Shown here one piece after another: positions 25,519 to 40,200 of a stretch of 64,000 bases of DNA (within the stretch, counting starts at the first letter, position 1; each line of letters opens with the position of its first letter). A program made the position numbers and the translations under genes. The notes beneath the pieces were generated by a model that was given only the letters and a program-made list of their open reading frames with translations, searched no databases and was not told the DNA's origin. The DNA is from the human T2T-CHM13v2.0 reference genome, Homo sapiens: assembly GCF_009914755.1 (NCBI RefSeq), contig NC_060938.1; one strand, 5' to 3'.

Positions 25519-26924
25519 TCTGATGTGATATGCTTGGTGGCAGCTGAAAGCCTAATTCTTTGCGATTTATCCTAGAGCCAAAGCTTGCTTCTGAGGAGGA
25601 TACAGCAGAAGGTCTCTCTCTTTCTATCTCTGTCTCTGTCTCTCTCTCTCTCATCCCTTGGGAATGAAGAGGGAGATGCTGTATCCCACAGACAGAACCC
25701 ACCGGGACCCCAAGGGGGATTTTTAAAAAATACCAAATCCTAGAATACTTTCATTTTCTACCGTTACAAAACATCTTTCTTCCATCTGAGGTCACAACAC
25801 TGGACTACATGAAAATCTTTTAAACTTTCAAAATTTCAAGTCGCTTCTCCACAGGGCCTTGAACATAAGTACAATCTGAATCTCAAACTAAACTCAAATA
25901 TATATTTTTTTATTAAACCATGAACTATCCCCAAAATATGTTTTGAGTTTTCATTTTCCTTCTAAAAATCTTCATTGTGGTGGATCAATTCACTCTGGAG
26001 CAAATCCAGATGCTTTCTAAAGCCAGTCAACTGGAAGAAAGTGGGAATATCAAAATATTCTCTGAATTGACACTGAGCAACATTGTTTGCATTTTGGGAT
26101 TTTGCTCTGTCTGGCCACTGTGGGAATTTGGCTGTGGTCTCATGTTTCCAGTGGTTCATCAGATGCTGTATTCTCCCATCTTTCCCTTTCTTTTTGAGTG
26201 AGGACCTCACCAGGACCTGTGGGTCACCAATTATAGATAGGTCCAGGTGGCATCATTAGGATGTTGGCAGGTGTCCATGGACGGTGTGCATGAAAAAATG
26301 AGTAAGATGGAGTCTTTCTTCTCATGCGCAGGAGAAGGGGGACTGGGCTGAGGGTTGCTGGGGCTGTTTTGTGTTTGTTTTTGTGGTTTTAACTGCTGGC
26401 AAAGAACCCTTTCCTGCCTGGACCTCTGCTTGAGAACAGGAAGAGGTGTGGGCGGGGTTGAGGAGAGAGCTGGAAGTCAGCCTTTCCCTGCTCATCATAG
26501 TCAGCAGCTCATTAGGGATTCTAATCAGGCAGAAATATTTTCCCGTCAGCTTATTACAAACTCTAACAAGGTCCCAGCTCCAGGTCATGGCTGCTTTTCT
26601 CCTGCTGGGGATAACGATGAGCAGCTTGTCGGAACCTTTGGTATCTCATTTGTTACAACATGTGATTCACAGAGGCAGGAGGGCTCTGGGGTGGAGGAAG
26701 TGGAGACAGCCAGGGAAGAGATGGAGGGAGAGTCCCTTTTGTGGAGGACCTGAAGACACAAATGCCCATTGCTTTAGGGAAGCCAAACCCAGACCTTATT
26801 GGACACTTGAAATCTTCTGAGAATCTGGGCCCAGCTATGTGTGAGGTACAGACTGGCTCCTTCCTTGTGTATGGAAGCAGATGGCCACTAGCTGGCCAGG
26901 AGATAAAGGGCAAGGTTTTATGTG

Positions 26925-27235
26925 TTTTATTTTATTACTTTATTTTATATTTTTTTGAGAAGGAGTCTCATTCTGTCACACAGCCTGGAGTGCAGTGGTG
27001 CAATCATGGCTCATTGCAGCCTCAACCTCCTGTGCTCAAGAGATCCACTTCAGCCTCTCGACTAGCTGGGACTATAGGCGTGTACCACCACACCCAGCTA
27101 ATTTTTATATTTTTTTTGTAGAGATGAGGTCTCACTATGTTGCCAAGGCTGGCTTCAAACTCCTAGGCTCCAGTGATCTGCCCAACTGAGCCTCCCAAAG
27201 TGCTGGCATTACAGGCATGAGCCACCACGCCCGGG
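26925..27235 (-). mobile_element. AluJ
   Basis: Antisense J-type Alu. Confidence 0.9.
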
Positions 27236-27269
27236 CAAACGGGCAAATTTTTAACTTTGAATTTCACCT

Positions 27270-27570
27270 GGCTGGGCGTGGTGGCTCACGCTTGTAATCC
27301 CAGCACTTTGGGAGGCCAAGTTGGGTGGATCACGAGGTCAGGAGTTCAAGACTAGCCTGGCCAAGATGGTGAAACTAGAAATACTGTCTCTACTAAAAAG
27401 ACAAAAATTAGCCAGGCGTGGTTGCGGGTGCCTGTAATCCCAGCTACTGGGGAGGCTGAGGCAGAGAACTGCTTGAACCCGGGAAGCAGAGGTTGCAGTG
27501 AGCCAAGATCGTGCCACTGCACCCCAGCCTGGGGGACAGAGTGAGACTCCGTCTCAAAAAAAAAAAAAAA
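27270..27570 (+). mobile_element. AluS
   Basis: Full Alu with A tail; TSD-like aatt(t)cacct. Confidence 0.93.
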
Positions 27571-28022
27571 TTCACCTTTTGTATCTCCTGGATTGTGAGG
27601 AAAGGCCTCAGCACCCTTGTTTTGCATGCTTCATGGCCCCAGAGGCCAATTCTTGAATTTAGTGATTTGAAAAATATTTGCATGCCATCATTTTCTAGTT
27701 GAAAAACTCTCAGTGTCTGCCTAATTCGCATTGTCTTAGCCTAAACTTCTTATTTATCTATCAAAGCTTTCCATAAAACCACCCTACTCAAACTAGTTCT
27801 ACTTCAAGCATTTTCCCCTTCCAAAATTCTCCATTTGAAACTCTTAAGGGCCTGGTCTCTTTAATATCTCACACAAATTGTTAATTGCACCTTTTTTATG
27901 ATTGTTCTTGCTGCATATTCCAGTTCTGTTTTTTCATCAAAGCTTAACCAAAGCACTGTATCGTTTATAAATCTGTTCATGATTATGCTAGCTTTCACTG
28001 GGTGCTACATCATGGCTTAAAA

Positions 28023-28219
28023 CAGGGATCAGTAACTATAGCCTGTGGGCCAAATCTGACTCAGTGCTTATTTTTATAAATAAAGTTTTATTGGAACACA
28101 GCCATGCTCACATATTTACATATTGTCTTTGGCTGCCTTTGCATTACAACAGAAGAGTTGAATAGTTGCAGCAGAGATCATATAAACTGCAAAGCCTAAA
28201 ATATTTACTATCTGCCCTG
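28023..28219. mobile_element. MER58A hAT-Charlie MITE
   Basis: aaataaagttttattggaacacagccatgc...gcctaaaatatttactatctg. Confidence 0.88.
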
Positions 28220-28294
28220 GCTTAAACCATAAAATTCAGCACTTAAATTTGTTTTATGCTTCATTGAATTCTTTCAAAAAGCCTTCTCAGATTC

Positions 28295-28608
<314 letters not shown>

Positions 28609-29101
28609 TAGCCTATAAATGCTTTGAGGGCAGAATGTCTTTAGGATTATCTCTGTACCCTGTCAGCAATTAGTGCCCGAATTCAGTAAACCAGGATAGA
28701 ACCTTGTTGGTTGTAGAGTCTAACATGGCTCCTGATTGGCCCCCCTGAAATTGCCACAAAGGGTATCACCAACTTCTGGAAGTTCTATGCAGGGGTATGG
28801 CATCATGAAGAGCTGTGTTTCTTCTGGACTAAAGCTATCTAATCCTGCCTTTGAACTGATAGCCAAATCCTGCTTCCTTAGTAGTAAGATCACCATCTTA
28901 TGGAGGGAGAGAAACCTTGCAACTTTGTGGATGAATTATGGGGTCTTATTGACCCTGGTTCATTTCCATCCCTCCTGTCTTTTCCAACATGAGCCCATTT
29001 TATAGAATTCCAGGTGTAGGCCCATCAATTCCATGGAGATGTCCAAGAAAGGAACAGCTTTCCTTTCTCTCAATTCTTGTTATACAAAGATTCAATAATA
29101 T

Positions 29102-29604
29102 TGTGGTCGTCAGGATAATGGACCCCCCAAAAAATATCCATGTCCTAATCCCTGGAACCTGTGAATATGTTACTTTACATAGAAAATTAGATTTTGCAGA
29201 TGTGATTAAGGTTAAGGACTTTGAGATGGTGAGATTATCTGGGATTATCCAATTGGGTCCAATTTAATCACCTAAGTCCTTAAAAGTGGAACAGCCGAGG
29301 CAGAACAATAGGTCAGATAGATGTGATGTGAGAAGAACTTGATCCACTGTTGCAGGCTTTGGCAATGAAGGAAACAGGTCATGAGCCAAGGAAGAAGGGC
29401 AGCCTCTGGAAGCTGGAAAGACAGGGAAACAGATTTTCCCCTGGAGCCTCCAGAAAGGAATGCAGCCCTGGTGACACCTGGATTTCAGCCCAATGAGACC
29501 CAGGTTAGACTTCTGATCCGTAGAACACTTAGATAATAAATTCGTGTTGTTTAAGCCACCAAGTTTGTGGTAGTTTGTTATGACAGTGACAGAAAACTAA
29601 GACA
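29102..29604 (+). mobile_element. MLT1D-like LTR
   Basis: tccatgtcctaatccctggaacctgtgaatatgttac...ttttgcagatgtgattaagg...gaaaactaagaca. Confidence 0.85.
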
Positions 29605-30029
29605 GATACACTTATGTTTTTGGCTTGAAATGGCTGGCCCCTGCCACTTAATCCAAACGGTTCAGTGACTCAGAGGCAGAGTGGGGAGGTGGAGGCCAGA
29701 TGGACATTTGCCCATCCATTACAGAAAAAAAAAAAAAAAAAAGTGGTGTTGTCCAGAGTCCTGGAACTAAAGCTGGCTGGTTGTCTTGGAAATCATGACC
29801 TTTATCCCTAAGAAGAAATTAAACTGAGCGAATGTGAATGACGACAGCAGCCTTTTTGCTGGCAGTCTATTTGGGGAAGGGACGGACTGGTCTTGTGGGT
29901 TGCTTTTCTCACATGTGTATACAAGCTTCAGGCTTTTAGTGCCAGCTGGTAGAATTTTGGTCCTCAAAGAATCAGAAACCCTAAAGTCCAGGGGAATGGC
30001 TCTGGTTACGAAAACAATCTGATGAACTC

Positions 30030-30580
30030 TGTATTAGTTATCTATTGCCACAAGAACGCTCAATAGAAAACTATCCCCCAAACCTCACTGACTTAAAACA
30101 ATAATTATTTATCATGGCTCACAGGTTTATGGACTGGCTAGCCCTTTCTGCAGATCTGGGCTGGGCTCAGCTGGTCTCAGCTGGGCTTGCTCATGCATCT
30201 GTGGTCAGTTGGCAGGTTGGCCAGAGGCTGATTGGTCTAGGATGACCTCAGCTGGGGTGATTCAGATCTTCTCCACATGCTAGCTCATACTCCAGAAGTC
30301 TAGTTGCTTTTGTTCTTATGATGGAGGCAAGGGGAGCTAGTGAGCGAGTGTGTGTATGAGAGAGAGAGAGAGGTGGGCAAAGGTCTCAAGGCCTTGGCTT
30401 GGAACTGACATGCTGTCACTTCTGCTGCATTCTATTGGTCAAAGTAAATGACAAGGCAGCCTAGATTCAAAGAACAGGGTAATAGGCTGAACCCCTTGAT
30501 GAGAGGAACTATCAAGTCACATTGCAAATGCTGTGGGAGGGATGAAAGATTAGGGCCATTTTTGTAGTCAATCTGCCACA
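30030..30580 (-). mobile_element. MLT1G/H-like LTR
   Basis: tgtattagttatctattgc...gctcatgcatctgtggtcag...caatctgccaca. Confidence 0.75.
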
Positions 30581-32209
30581 AACTCTCTGGGAAAGGAGAA
30601 GCCCTTAGCCCCAAATAGCTCCTGAAGGCTGAAGTGAACGAGGCCACTGCCCACATCTGGCTCCTCTCTGCAGGCTGTGAAAACATCCCACGGCAGTCCT
30701 AAGGGAGCCATCCAAGCCTCCAAATCCTGTCCCCTCTTCACTGCCTGCCCCCACTGCCAAAGAAAGCTACAGTGTTCTCTGTGAATTGCCAGCCGCAGTC
30801 CCCTCCCTTCTCTGCCTCTCTGTTCCAAGCCCGAGGGAGGTCGTGGGTGACCAGCTGGCTTGATGAATGCGGCTTCTGTAAACCTTCCCCGGCCTCTGTC
30901 GCTGCATCAGCGTGAAATGAACTTGCTAATACTCTAAGAGCCACAAACCTTTTCCTCCACCCCAGCACGACACATCGAATCGATCTGGCTGGGTGAGCCG
31001 CGACAAACCCCACAGAAAAAAGCATCAGCAAATTTAAAGCCTCATTCGAGGTCTTGATTCACCATAAACTAAGTTGCTGGCAGCAGGCATTGACACTTCC
31101 ACTGTGGTTGATACTGCGATTTATTGACTTGCCGTTAAGATGTTGATATTGACCAAGACTGAGTTCTAAATGAAAAGGCCCATGGCAATATATCTTTATT
31201 GCTCAAGTAATCCGAGGACTTGCTAATCCTTTCCTGTCCGCCAAGATGGTCTCACTCAATAATGTTGCAGAAATTCTCTAGGAACACAGAAACCATCACT
31301 TAGATACAACAAGATGTTCTTTCCCCACAAGGCCTCCTGAAAGAGGAATGGTGGTACAAGCAGTGTGTTTAGTAACAGGACCAAAGTGTTGGAAATCTGT
31401 TCTTGCCCCCACAGCCCAAACCATTATATTTTTTTTAACTTTTCAGAGACCTAACACCTTCCTTTTCAGAAACCCAGAAACAAATCACAAAGGACTTTGT
31501 ATGGGACTTGCTCATGAAGAGTATCCGCTTCCCTTTCTTCACCTGGCCCATGTTAGGGCTTCAGCCTTGCCTACCTCTAACCCAGGCAAATGAATCCTGG
31601 TCCCAAGGGGCACTATGATGTCACCCTTAGTGCTGGCCCCAACAGTGAAATTAATGTGACAGTTGGTTCTTGCTAATTTCAAGGCCCAGTAGGAACACAG
31701 AGAAAGAATGGAAAATTTATTACCTGCTAATTTATTTTCTCATTGAAATGTCATCTGCCGCCTTCACTTTAGGGGAAAATATGTTAGCAGTAGAGTCATA
31801 TAGGGCGCCTTTTGTATTATTTTGGGTGTCAGGGTCCCTGCAGAAATCAGCAGGGAGAAGAACCCACACAACAGGGTCAAGGAAGCAGCCCAGGGTGGCT
31901 GGGTTAGGGAGCGAGCCAGAGGGGCAGAATTTTCCAGCCCAGCTTCTTTACCCAGCTCTGCAGTGGGGAGAGGCCCAGACAGGTGGAACCACAGGAAGAC
32001 AGAGCTTTCACAGATGTACTATCTGTGTCAGGAGAAGCAGGTGCAGGCCACCCCAGACACTGATCCACAGTGTGGCTGTTGTTCTTGTCTCTCTAGAACA
32101 ACTGATGACAGTCTCCGCTAGCCCTCCTGGCTTGCTGTTCTGGGGATGAAGGGATTGATCACAGCCTCAACCTCATCCCAAAGAAGCACTGTCACACAGA
32201 GATTCAGAG

Positions 32210-32345
32210 TGCAGGCATGGCAGTCACACAGTTTTGGGTTTGAATCCTGGCTTCAGTGCTTACCAGCTGGGTGACCTTGTCACTTGTCCTTTCTAAGCCA
32301 CAGTTTTCCCATCTGTCAAAAGGAGGAAATAATAACGACACCATG
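32210..32345 (+). mobile_element. MIR
   Basis: gggtttgaatcctggc...gtgaccttg...cagttttcccatctgt. Confidence 0.75.
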
Positions 32346-32798
32346 GCAGACACTGTTTATTGGCTCCTGTGTTCCTTGGCAACAGATGATCAGTTTTGCT
32401 CAGATATCACTTCCCACAATTTCTGGGGGACGTGGGCTCCATTCCTGGTCCAGGAGTGATCCTGTGATAATTTCTGGCCAATGAGATGAAAAAGGAAATT
32501 TTCCGAGGTGGTTCTGGGAAAGATTCCCCTCCTGGTAAGAGAAGAAGGACAAGGAGTATCTTTTTGCTTTGTCTGACCCCAGTCTCCTTCTTGATGTGAA
32601 GTCAGAGGGTGAGAAGAGTCTCTCTGCTTAGGTTGCCCCCTGCTGCCTACCGGGAAACTTTGCTGAGTTTATCACCAAGAGACCAAGAGAATGTTGGGAC
32701 ACCTGTCCATACTCCTGCCTTTGTAGGGCAGCTGAAACAAAGCCATTGACTGCCTATGTTTTATGTGAGAAGAATGGACCTCTGTTTAATTAATTAAT

Positions 32799-33079
32799 CT
32801 TTTGAGACTGGGTCTCATTCTGTTGCCCAGGCTGGAATGCAATGGCACGATCTTGGCTCACTGCAACCTCCACCTCCTGGACTCAAACCCACATCAGCCT
32901 CCCAAGTAGCTGGGACTACAGGCATGTGCCACCACCTTTGGTTAATTTTTTTGTATTTTTGGTAGATATGGGGTTTTGCCAAGTTGCCCAGGCTAGTCTT
33001 GAACTCCTGAGCTCAAGCGATTTGCCTGCCTCGGCCTCCCGAAGAGCTGGGATTACAGGTGTGAGCCACCATGCCAGCC
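32799..33079 (-). mobile_element. AluJb-like, inserted in an old MLT1J 3' end (left arm of the inverted cassette)
   Basis: Antisense Alu with the rare variant aagagctggg in place of aagtgctggg. Confidence 0.92.
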
Positions 33080-33568
<489 letters not shown>

Positions 33569-33943
33569 TCTCTGCAGTCTTGACATAGATTTGTGAGATC
33601 TGCTCCCTGGGAATAATGATGAAAGAGAGAGACTGGGGAAAAGGAACCGAGGAGCTGGGTCACTCCACTTTTCTCTTTCTGTTTTGGGGAGAAGGCAATT
33701 CAGGCCTTAGCTGGATGATTTTCCATCTACCACACATGTGCTTTCCGCTGGGTCAAGTATCTATTGAATACATCCTGTAGGTAATAACTGGATTTTAAAA
33801 TCTGTAGACCTGAAATTTTGATAAATTTTATTTTGTTTTCTTATTGCTTTATCTTCTAATTTTAGAACTGTGGATGGCATCATTTTAGCTTGAGTTCATT
33901 AAGCAGAAGCTCCCATTGTTTTAGTTTTTGATTTCTTTTTTTT

Positions 33944-34094
33944 CAATTTACATTATAAAATATTTTATTTTTAAGCAATATATTATCATGGTTTATTATT
34001 CATAAGGCACAAAAGAATATACAGCAAAAAGTCTTCCTGCCGCCATAACTTTCCAGCCATTGAGTTCTTGGAGGCAACCAGTTTCTACCAATTC
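33944..34094 (-). other. 3'-transduced sequence carried by the SVA (L1ME-3'UTR-like)
   Basis: Lies between two minus-strand poly(A) tracts and inside the SVA TSD; AATAAA (plus-strand tttatt, 33964-33969) is 20 nt from the second tail. Confidence 0.82.
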
Positions 34095-35621
34095 TTTTTT
34101 TTTTTTTTTTTTATTGATAATTCTTGGGTGTTTCTCGCAGAGGGGGGGATTTGGCAGGGTCATAGGACAATAGCGTGGGAAGGTCAGCAGATAAACAAGT
34201 GAACAAAGGTCTCTGGTTTTCCTAGGCAGAGGACCCTGCGGCCTTCCGCAGTGTTTGTGTCCCTGGGTACTTGAGATTAGGGAGTGGTGATGACTCTTAA
34301 CCAGCATGCTGCCTTCAAGCATCTGTTTAACAAAGCACATCTTGCACCGCCCTTAATCCATTTAACCCTGAGTGGACACAGCACAGGTTTCAGAGAGCAC
34401 AGGGTTGGGGGTAAGGTCACAGATCAACAGGATCCCAAGGCAGAAGAATTTTTCTTAGTACAGAACAAAATGAAAAGTCTCCCATGTCTACTTCTTTCTA
34501 CACAGACAGGGCAACCATCCGATTTCTCAATCTTTTCCCCACCTTTCCCACCTTTCTATTCCACAAAACCGCCATTGTCATCATGGCCCGTTCTCAATGA
34601 GCTGTTGGGTACACCTCCCAGACGGGGTGGTGGCCGGGCAGAGGGGCTCCTCACTTCCCAGTAGGGGCGGCAGGGCAGAGGCGCCCCTCACCTCCCGGAC
34701 GGGGCGGCTGGCCGGGTGGGGGGCTGACCCCCCCCACCTCCCTCCCAGACGGGGCGGCTGGCCTGGTGGGGGCTGACCCCCACCTCCCTCCCGGACGGGG
34801 TGGCTGCCGGGTGGAGACGCTCCTCACTTCTCAGACGGGGCGGCTGCCGGGCGGAGGGGCTCCTCACTTCTCAGACGGGGTGGTTGCCAGGCAGAGGGTC
34901 TCCTCACTTCTCAGACGGGGCGGCTGGGCAGAGACGCTCCTCACCTCCCAGACGGGGTCGCGGCCGGGCAGAGGCGCTCCCCACATCCCAGACGATGGGC
35001 AGCCGGGCAGAGACGCTCCTCACTTCCTAGATGGGATGGCGGCCGGGAAGAGGTGCTCCTCACTTCCTAGATGGGATGGCGAGCGGGCAGAGACGCTCCT
35101 CACTTTCCAGACTGGGCAGCCACGCAGAGGGGCTCCACACATCCCAGACGATGGGCGGCCAGGCAGAGACGCTCCTCACTTCCCAGACGGGGTGGCGGCC
35201 GGGCAGAGGCTGCAATCTCGGCACTTTGGGAGGCCAAGGCAGGCAGCTGGGAGGTGGAGGTTGTAGCGAGCCGAGATCACGCCACTGCACTCCAGCCTGG
35301 ACACCATTGAGCACTGAGTGAACGAGACTCCGTCTGCAATCCCGGCACCTCGGGAGGCCGAGGCTGGCGGATCACTCGCGGTTAGGAGCTGGAGACCAGC
35401 CCGGCCAACACAGCGAAACCCCGTCTCCACCAAAAAAAATACGAAAACCAGTCAGGCTTGGCGGCGCGTGCCTGCAATCGCAGGCACTCAGCAGGCTGAG
35501 GCAGGAGAATCAGGCAGGGAGGTTGCAGTGAGCTGAGATGGCAGCAGTACGGTCCAGCTTCGGCTCGGCATCAGAGGGAGACTGTGGGGAGAGGGAGAGG
35601 GAGAGGGACAGGGACAGGGAC
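34095..35621 (-). mobile_element. SVA retrotransposon, full structure (hexamer, Alu-like, VNTR, SINE-R, poly(A))
   Basis: SINE-R ~34113-34620, VNTR ~34620-35200, Alu-like ~35200-35580, CCCTCT/CCCTGT hexamers ~35590-35621; TSD agtttttgatttcttt at 33923-33938 and 35622-35637. Confidence 0.97.
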
Positions 35622-35874
35622 AGTTTTTGATTTCTTTACCATTAAGTCTGCCATTATGCTCTCAGGGGGACTAGCTAGTTCTCTATGCAAAGGGAACCTT
35701 TGGCTAAGTGACAAATCATTTTTTTTTTAATGCCAAGAATCACCTTCCAATTAATTTATTTTCTAAAATTATTCCAATCATTGTCTGAACCCTGGAGCTT
35801 GCTGTGTGGTAACAGCCCATAACCTGATGGACCTTGCAGGCCTTTTGCAAGGATAATAAAGACAGGGGCTATGG

Positions 35875-36151
35875 CTGGGCATGGTGGCTCATGCCTGTAC
35901 TCCCAGCACTTTGGAAGGCCGAGCTGGGCAGATCACCTGAGGTTAGGAGTTCAATACTAGCCTGGCTAACATGGCGAAAGCCCAGCTCTACTAAATATAC
36001 AAAACTTAGCCAGGCATGGTGGTGTGCACCTGTAATCCCAGCTACTCAGGAGGCTGAGGCAGGAGAATCACTTGAGCCCAGGAGACAGGTTGCAGTGAGC
36101 CGAGAGTGTGCCACTGCACTCCAGGCTGGGAAACAGAGTGAGACTCCATCT

Positions 36152-36185
<34 letters not shown>
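35875..36185 (+). mobile_element. AluS
   Basis: Full Alu, long A tail; TSD aaagacaggggcta. Confidence 0.94.
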
Positions 36186-36187
<2 letters not shown>

Positions 36188-36333
36188 CAGGGGCTACAAG
36201 GCCATGCATTCTTAGCTTTGAGTTGATAAAACTTGTTTGTCTCATAGGTTAAATTAATACATGGTAAAGTTGATCTTTTGTGTGTGCACCGTTCTATTTT
36301 TAACACATAAATGGGTTCGTGCAACGATCATCA

Positions 36334-37240
<907 letters not shown>

Positions 37241-40200
37241 AATATAAAGACTAGTGCTCCTCATGCTAGTGCTTCCTTGTCGCATTCTTCCCTCACCTCT
37301 GCTCCTGGCACTCAGTGTCTGTTCTCCATCACAATAGTTTTGTGTTTTCAAGAATGTCATATAAATGGAATCATATTATATGTAACCTTTTGAGACTCTC
37401 TTCTTTCACTCAGCATAATGCCTTTAAGAGTCATTCAAATTGTGTGTATGAATAATTTGTTCATTTTTATTGCTGAGTGGTATTCCATTGCACGGCTGTA
37501 CCACAGCTTGTTTATCCATTCAAGGACAGTTAAATGTTTTCCAGTTTTGGGCAATTATGAATAAAGCTTCTATACACATTTGTATTCAGGTTTTTATGTG
37601 AACATAAGTTTTCATTTCTCTGAGGCAAATAAATGGGATTTGCAAGATCATATGGTAAGTGTCGATTTAAATTTATAAGAAACTGCCAAACTGTTTTCCA
37701 GAGTGGCCACACCATTTTGCATTTCCAATTGCAAGGTGTGAAAGTTCCGGTTACTCCAAATTTCCATCAGCCCTTGGGATTTTTGATACACACACTACTT
37801 GCTGAAAAGACTGTCCTTTCTCCATTGCATAGCTTTTGCACTTTTGTTAAAAATCAGTACTTTTAGATTTTATCTTAGTCATTCTAATAGGTATGTAGTG
37901 GTATATTACCAAGACTTTAATTCGTATTTCCCTAAGGGTGAATGATGCTGAACATGTTTTGTGTGTGCGCTTATTCACATTCATATATCCTCTTTGGTGA
38001 AATGTTTGTCCTAGTCTTTTTTCCATTTAAAAATTGTGTTGTTTTCTTATTGTTGAGTTTGATAATTCTTTATATATTCTGGATATAAGTCATTTGTTAA
38101 ATATGTAATTCCAAAATATTTTCTCCCAGTCTATAGCTTGTCTTTTCATTCTCCTAACAGTGTCTTTTGCAGACCAAAAGTTTTTAATTTTGAAGTCTAA
38201 TTTTCAGTTTTTAAAATATAGATTATGCTTTTGGTGTCATATCTAAGAATGTTTTGCTTAACTCCAGATCTAAAAGATTTTGCCTATGTCTTCTACAAAT
38301 TTTGTAGTTTTACATTTTATATCTGTGACCAAGTTTTTATATATAATATACAATATTTGCTAGTTTTTATGTAATATGAAGTTTAATTTGAAGTTCATTT
38401 TTTTTTAACATATAGATGTCCAGTTGCTCCCATGCAAGTTGCTAAAAAGAGTGTCATTTTCTCTATTGGATAGCTTTTGCACCTTTGTTAAAAATCAGTT
38501 GGCCATATTTGTGTGGATCTTTTGCTGGACTGTATTCTTTTTCATTGATATGTATGTGTGTATTTCTTTGTAACAGCATGTCTTGACTACTGTAGCTTTA
38601 TTGCAAGTGTTAAAATTGGGTAGTATGATTTCTACAATCTTATTCTTCATTTTCAAAATTGTTTGGGCTATTCTAGTTCCTTTCCATACAAATTTTAGAA
38701 TTATCTTGCCTAAATCTATAAAAAAACAATTCTAATAGAAATTTGGTTGAGATTGTATTAAAGATCAATTTGGGAAAAATGGACATCTTTATGTATTGAG
38801 CCTTCCAACCTGTGTACATGGTATGTCTGTCTCTCCATTTACTTAGGCAAAATTTGAATTGTTTCATCAGCATTTTGTAGTTTTCATCATGTGGATCCTA
38901 TGCATATTTTGTCAAATTTATGCTTAGATATTTCATTTTGGGGTTTCAATAGTATATGGTATATATTTTTTAAATGTTGAATTCCAATTTTATATTGCCA
39001 GTATCTCAAAATATGATTGGTGATTGATTTTTGTGTGTTGACCTGCTGGCCTATGACCTTACTAAGCTCACTTATTGTTTCTAGAATTTTCTTTGTTTGC
39101 TTGTTTTTTGTTGATTCCTTAGGGTTTTCTACCTAGGAAATTATGTTGTTTGTGAATGAATAAAGACAGTTGTGTTTCTTTTAAATCTGCATGTCTTTTA
39201 TTTCTTTTCCTTGCTTTGTTATGTTAACTAGGATTTCTAGTATGATGTTGAATCAGACTGGTGAGAGTGTCTTCTTCCCAATCTTAGGCAAAAATAATTC
39301 AGTCTCTAACCATTGATTATGCTATCAGCTGTATGTTTTTTGTAGATGCTCTTTAGTAGACTTAAGAATTTCCCTATACCTAGATTGCCGGGGTTTTAAA
39401 AAAAGACGTGATCATTTGTTGAGTTTCATCAAATGCTTTTCTATATCAACTGATGCCAATGTGTGGTTTTTCTTTCTTAGACTGCTGATGTGATGGATCG
39501 CATCCATTGATTTTTAAATATCAAACCATCCTTGCATTTCCAGAATATGCTTCCCTTGTTTATGGTGTATTATTCTTTCTACATTTGCCTGGATTTAATT
39601 TGCAATATTCTTTGAATATTTTGCGTCTATGCTCATGAGGGCTATTGGTCTTTAGCTTTCTTTTGTCTTTCTTCCTTCTTTCCTTTTCCTGCTCCTTCTT
39701 TTTTGGTATTGTCTTTGGTTTTTTGGTATCAGGGTAATATGAGCTCCAAAAACTGAGACAAAATGCACCCCCTTCTATTGTCTGGAAGAGATCCTCTAGA
39801 GTTAGTGTTATTTCTTTTTTAAATGTTTGGTGGAATTTGCCAATGAAAACATCGAGCTTTGTGGATTATATTTTTGGGTAGATTTTAGCTAGAAATTCAA
39901 TTTCTTTAATAGTTACAAGACTATTTGGGTTATCTATTTTATGTAAGATGAGTTAGGGTAGTTGGTGGTTTTTGAAGCATTGTGGTCCATTTCATCTAAG
40001 TTGTCAAATTTATGCATGTAGAATTGTTTGTATTATTCCCTTCCTATCCTTTTAGTGTCTGTAGGGTCTATAATGATAGCACTTTCTTCAGTGCTGTTAT
40101 TGATAATTTGTATCTCTTCTCTCTCTTTTTTCCTTTGTCAGGTTTTCTAGAGGCTTTTCAATTTGATCAATCTTTTCATATAATCAGATTTTGGTTTTAT

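Noticed and set aside
34620-35200. Repeat array resembling CRISPR or a novel minisatellite
   Set aside because: It is the SVA VNTR; no unique spacers, and the context is eukaryotic.
33996-35536. Several 70-166 aa ORFs
   Set aside because: Standard SVA-derived translations.
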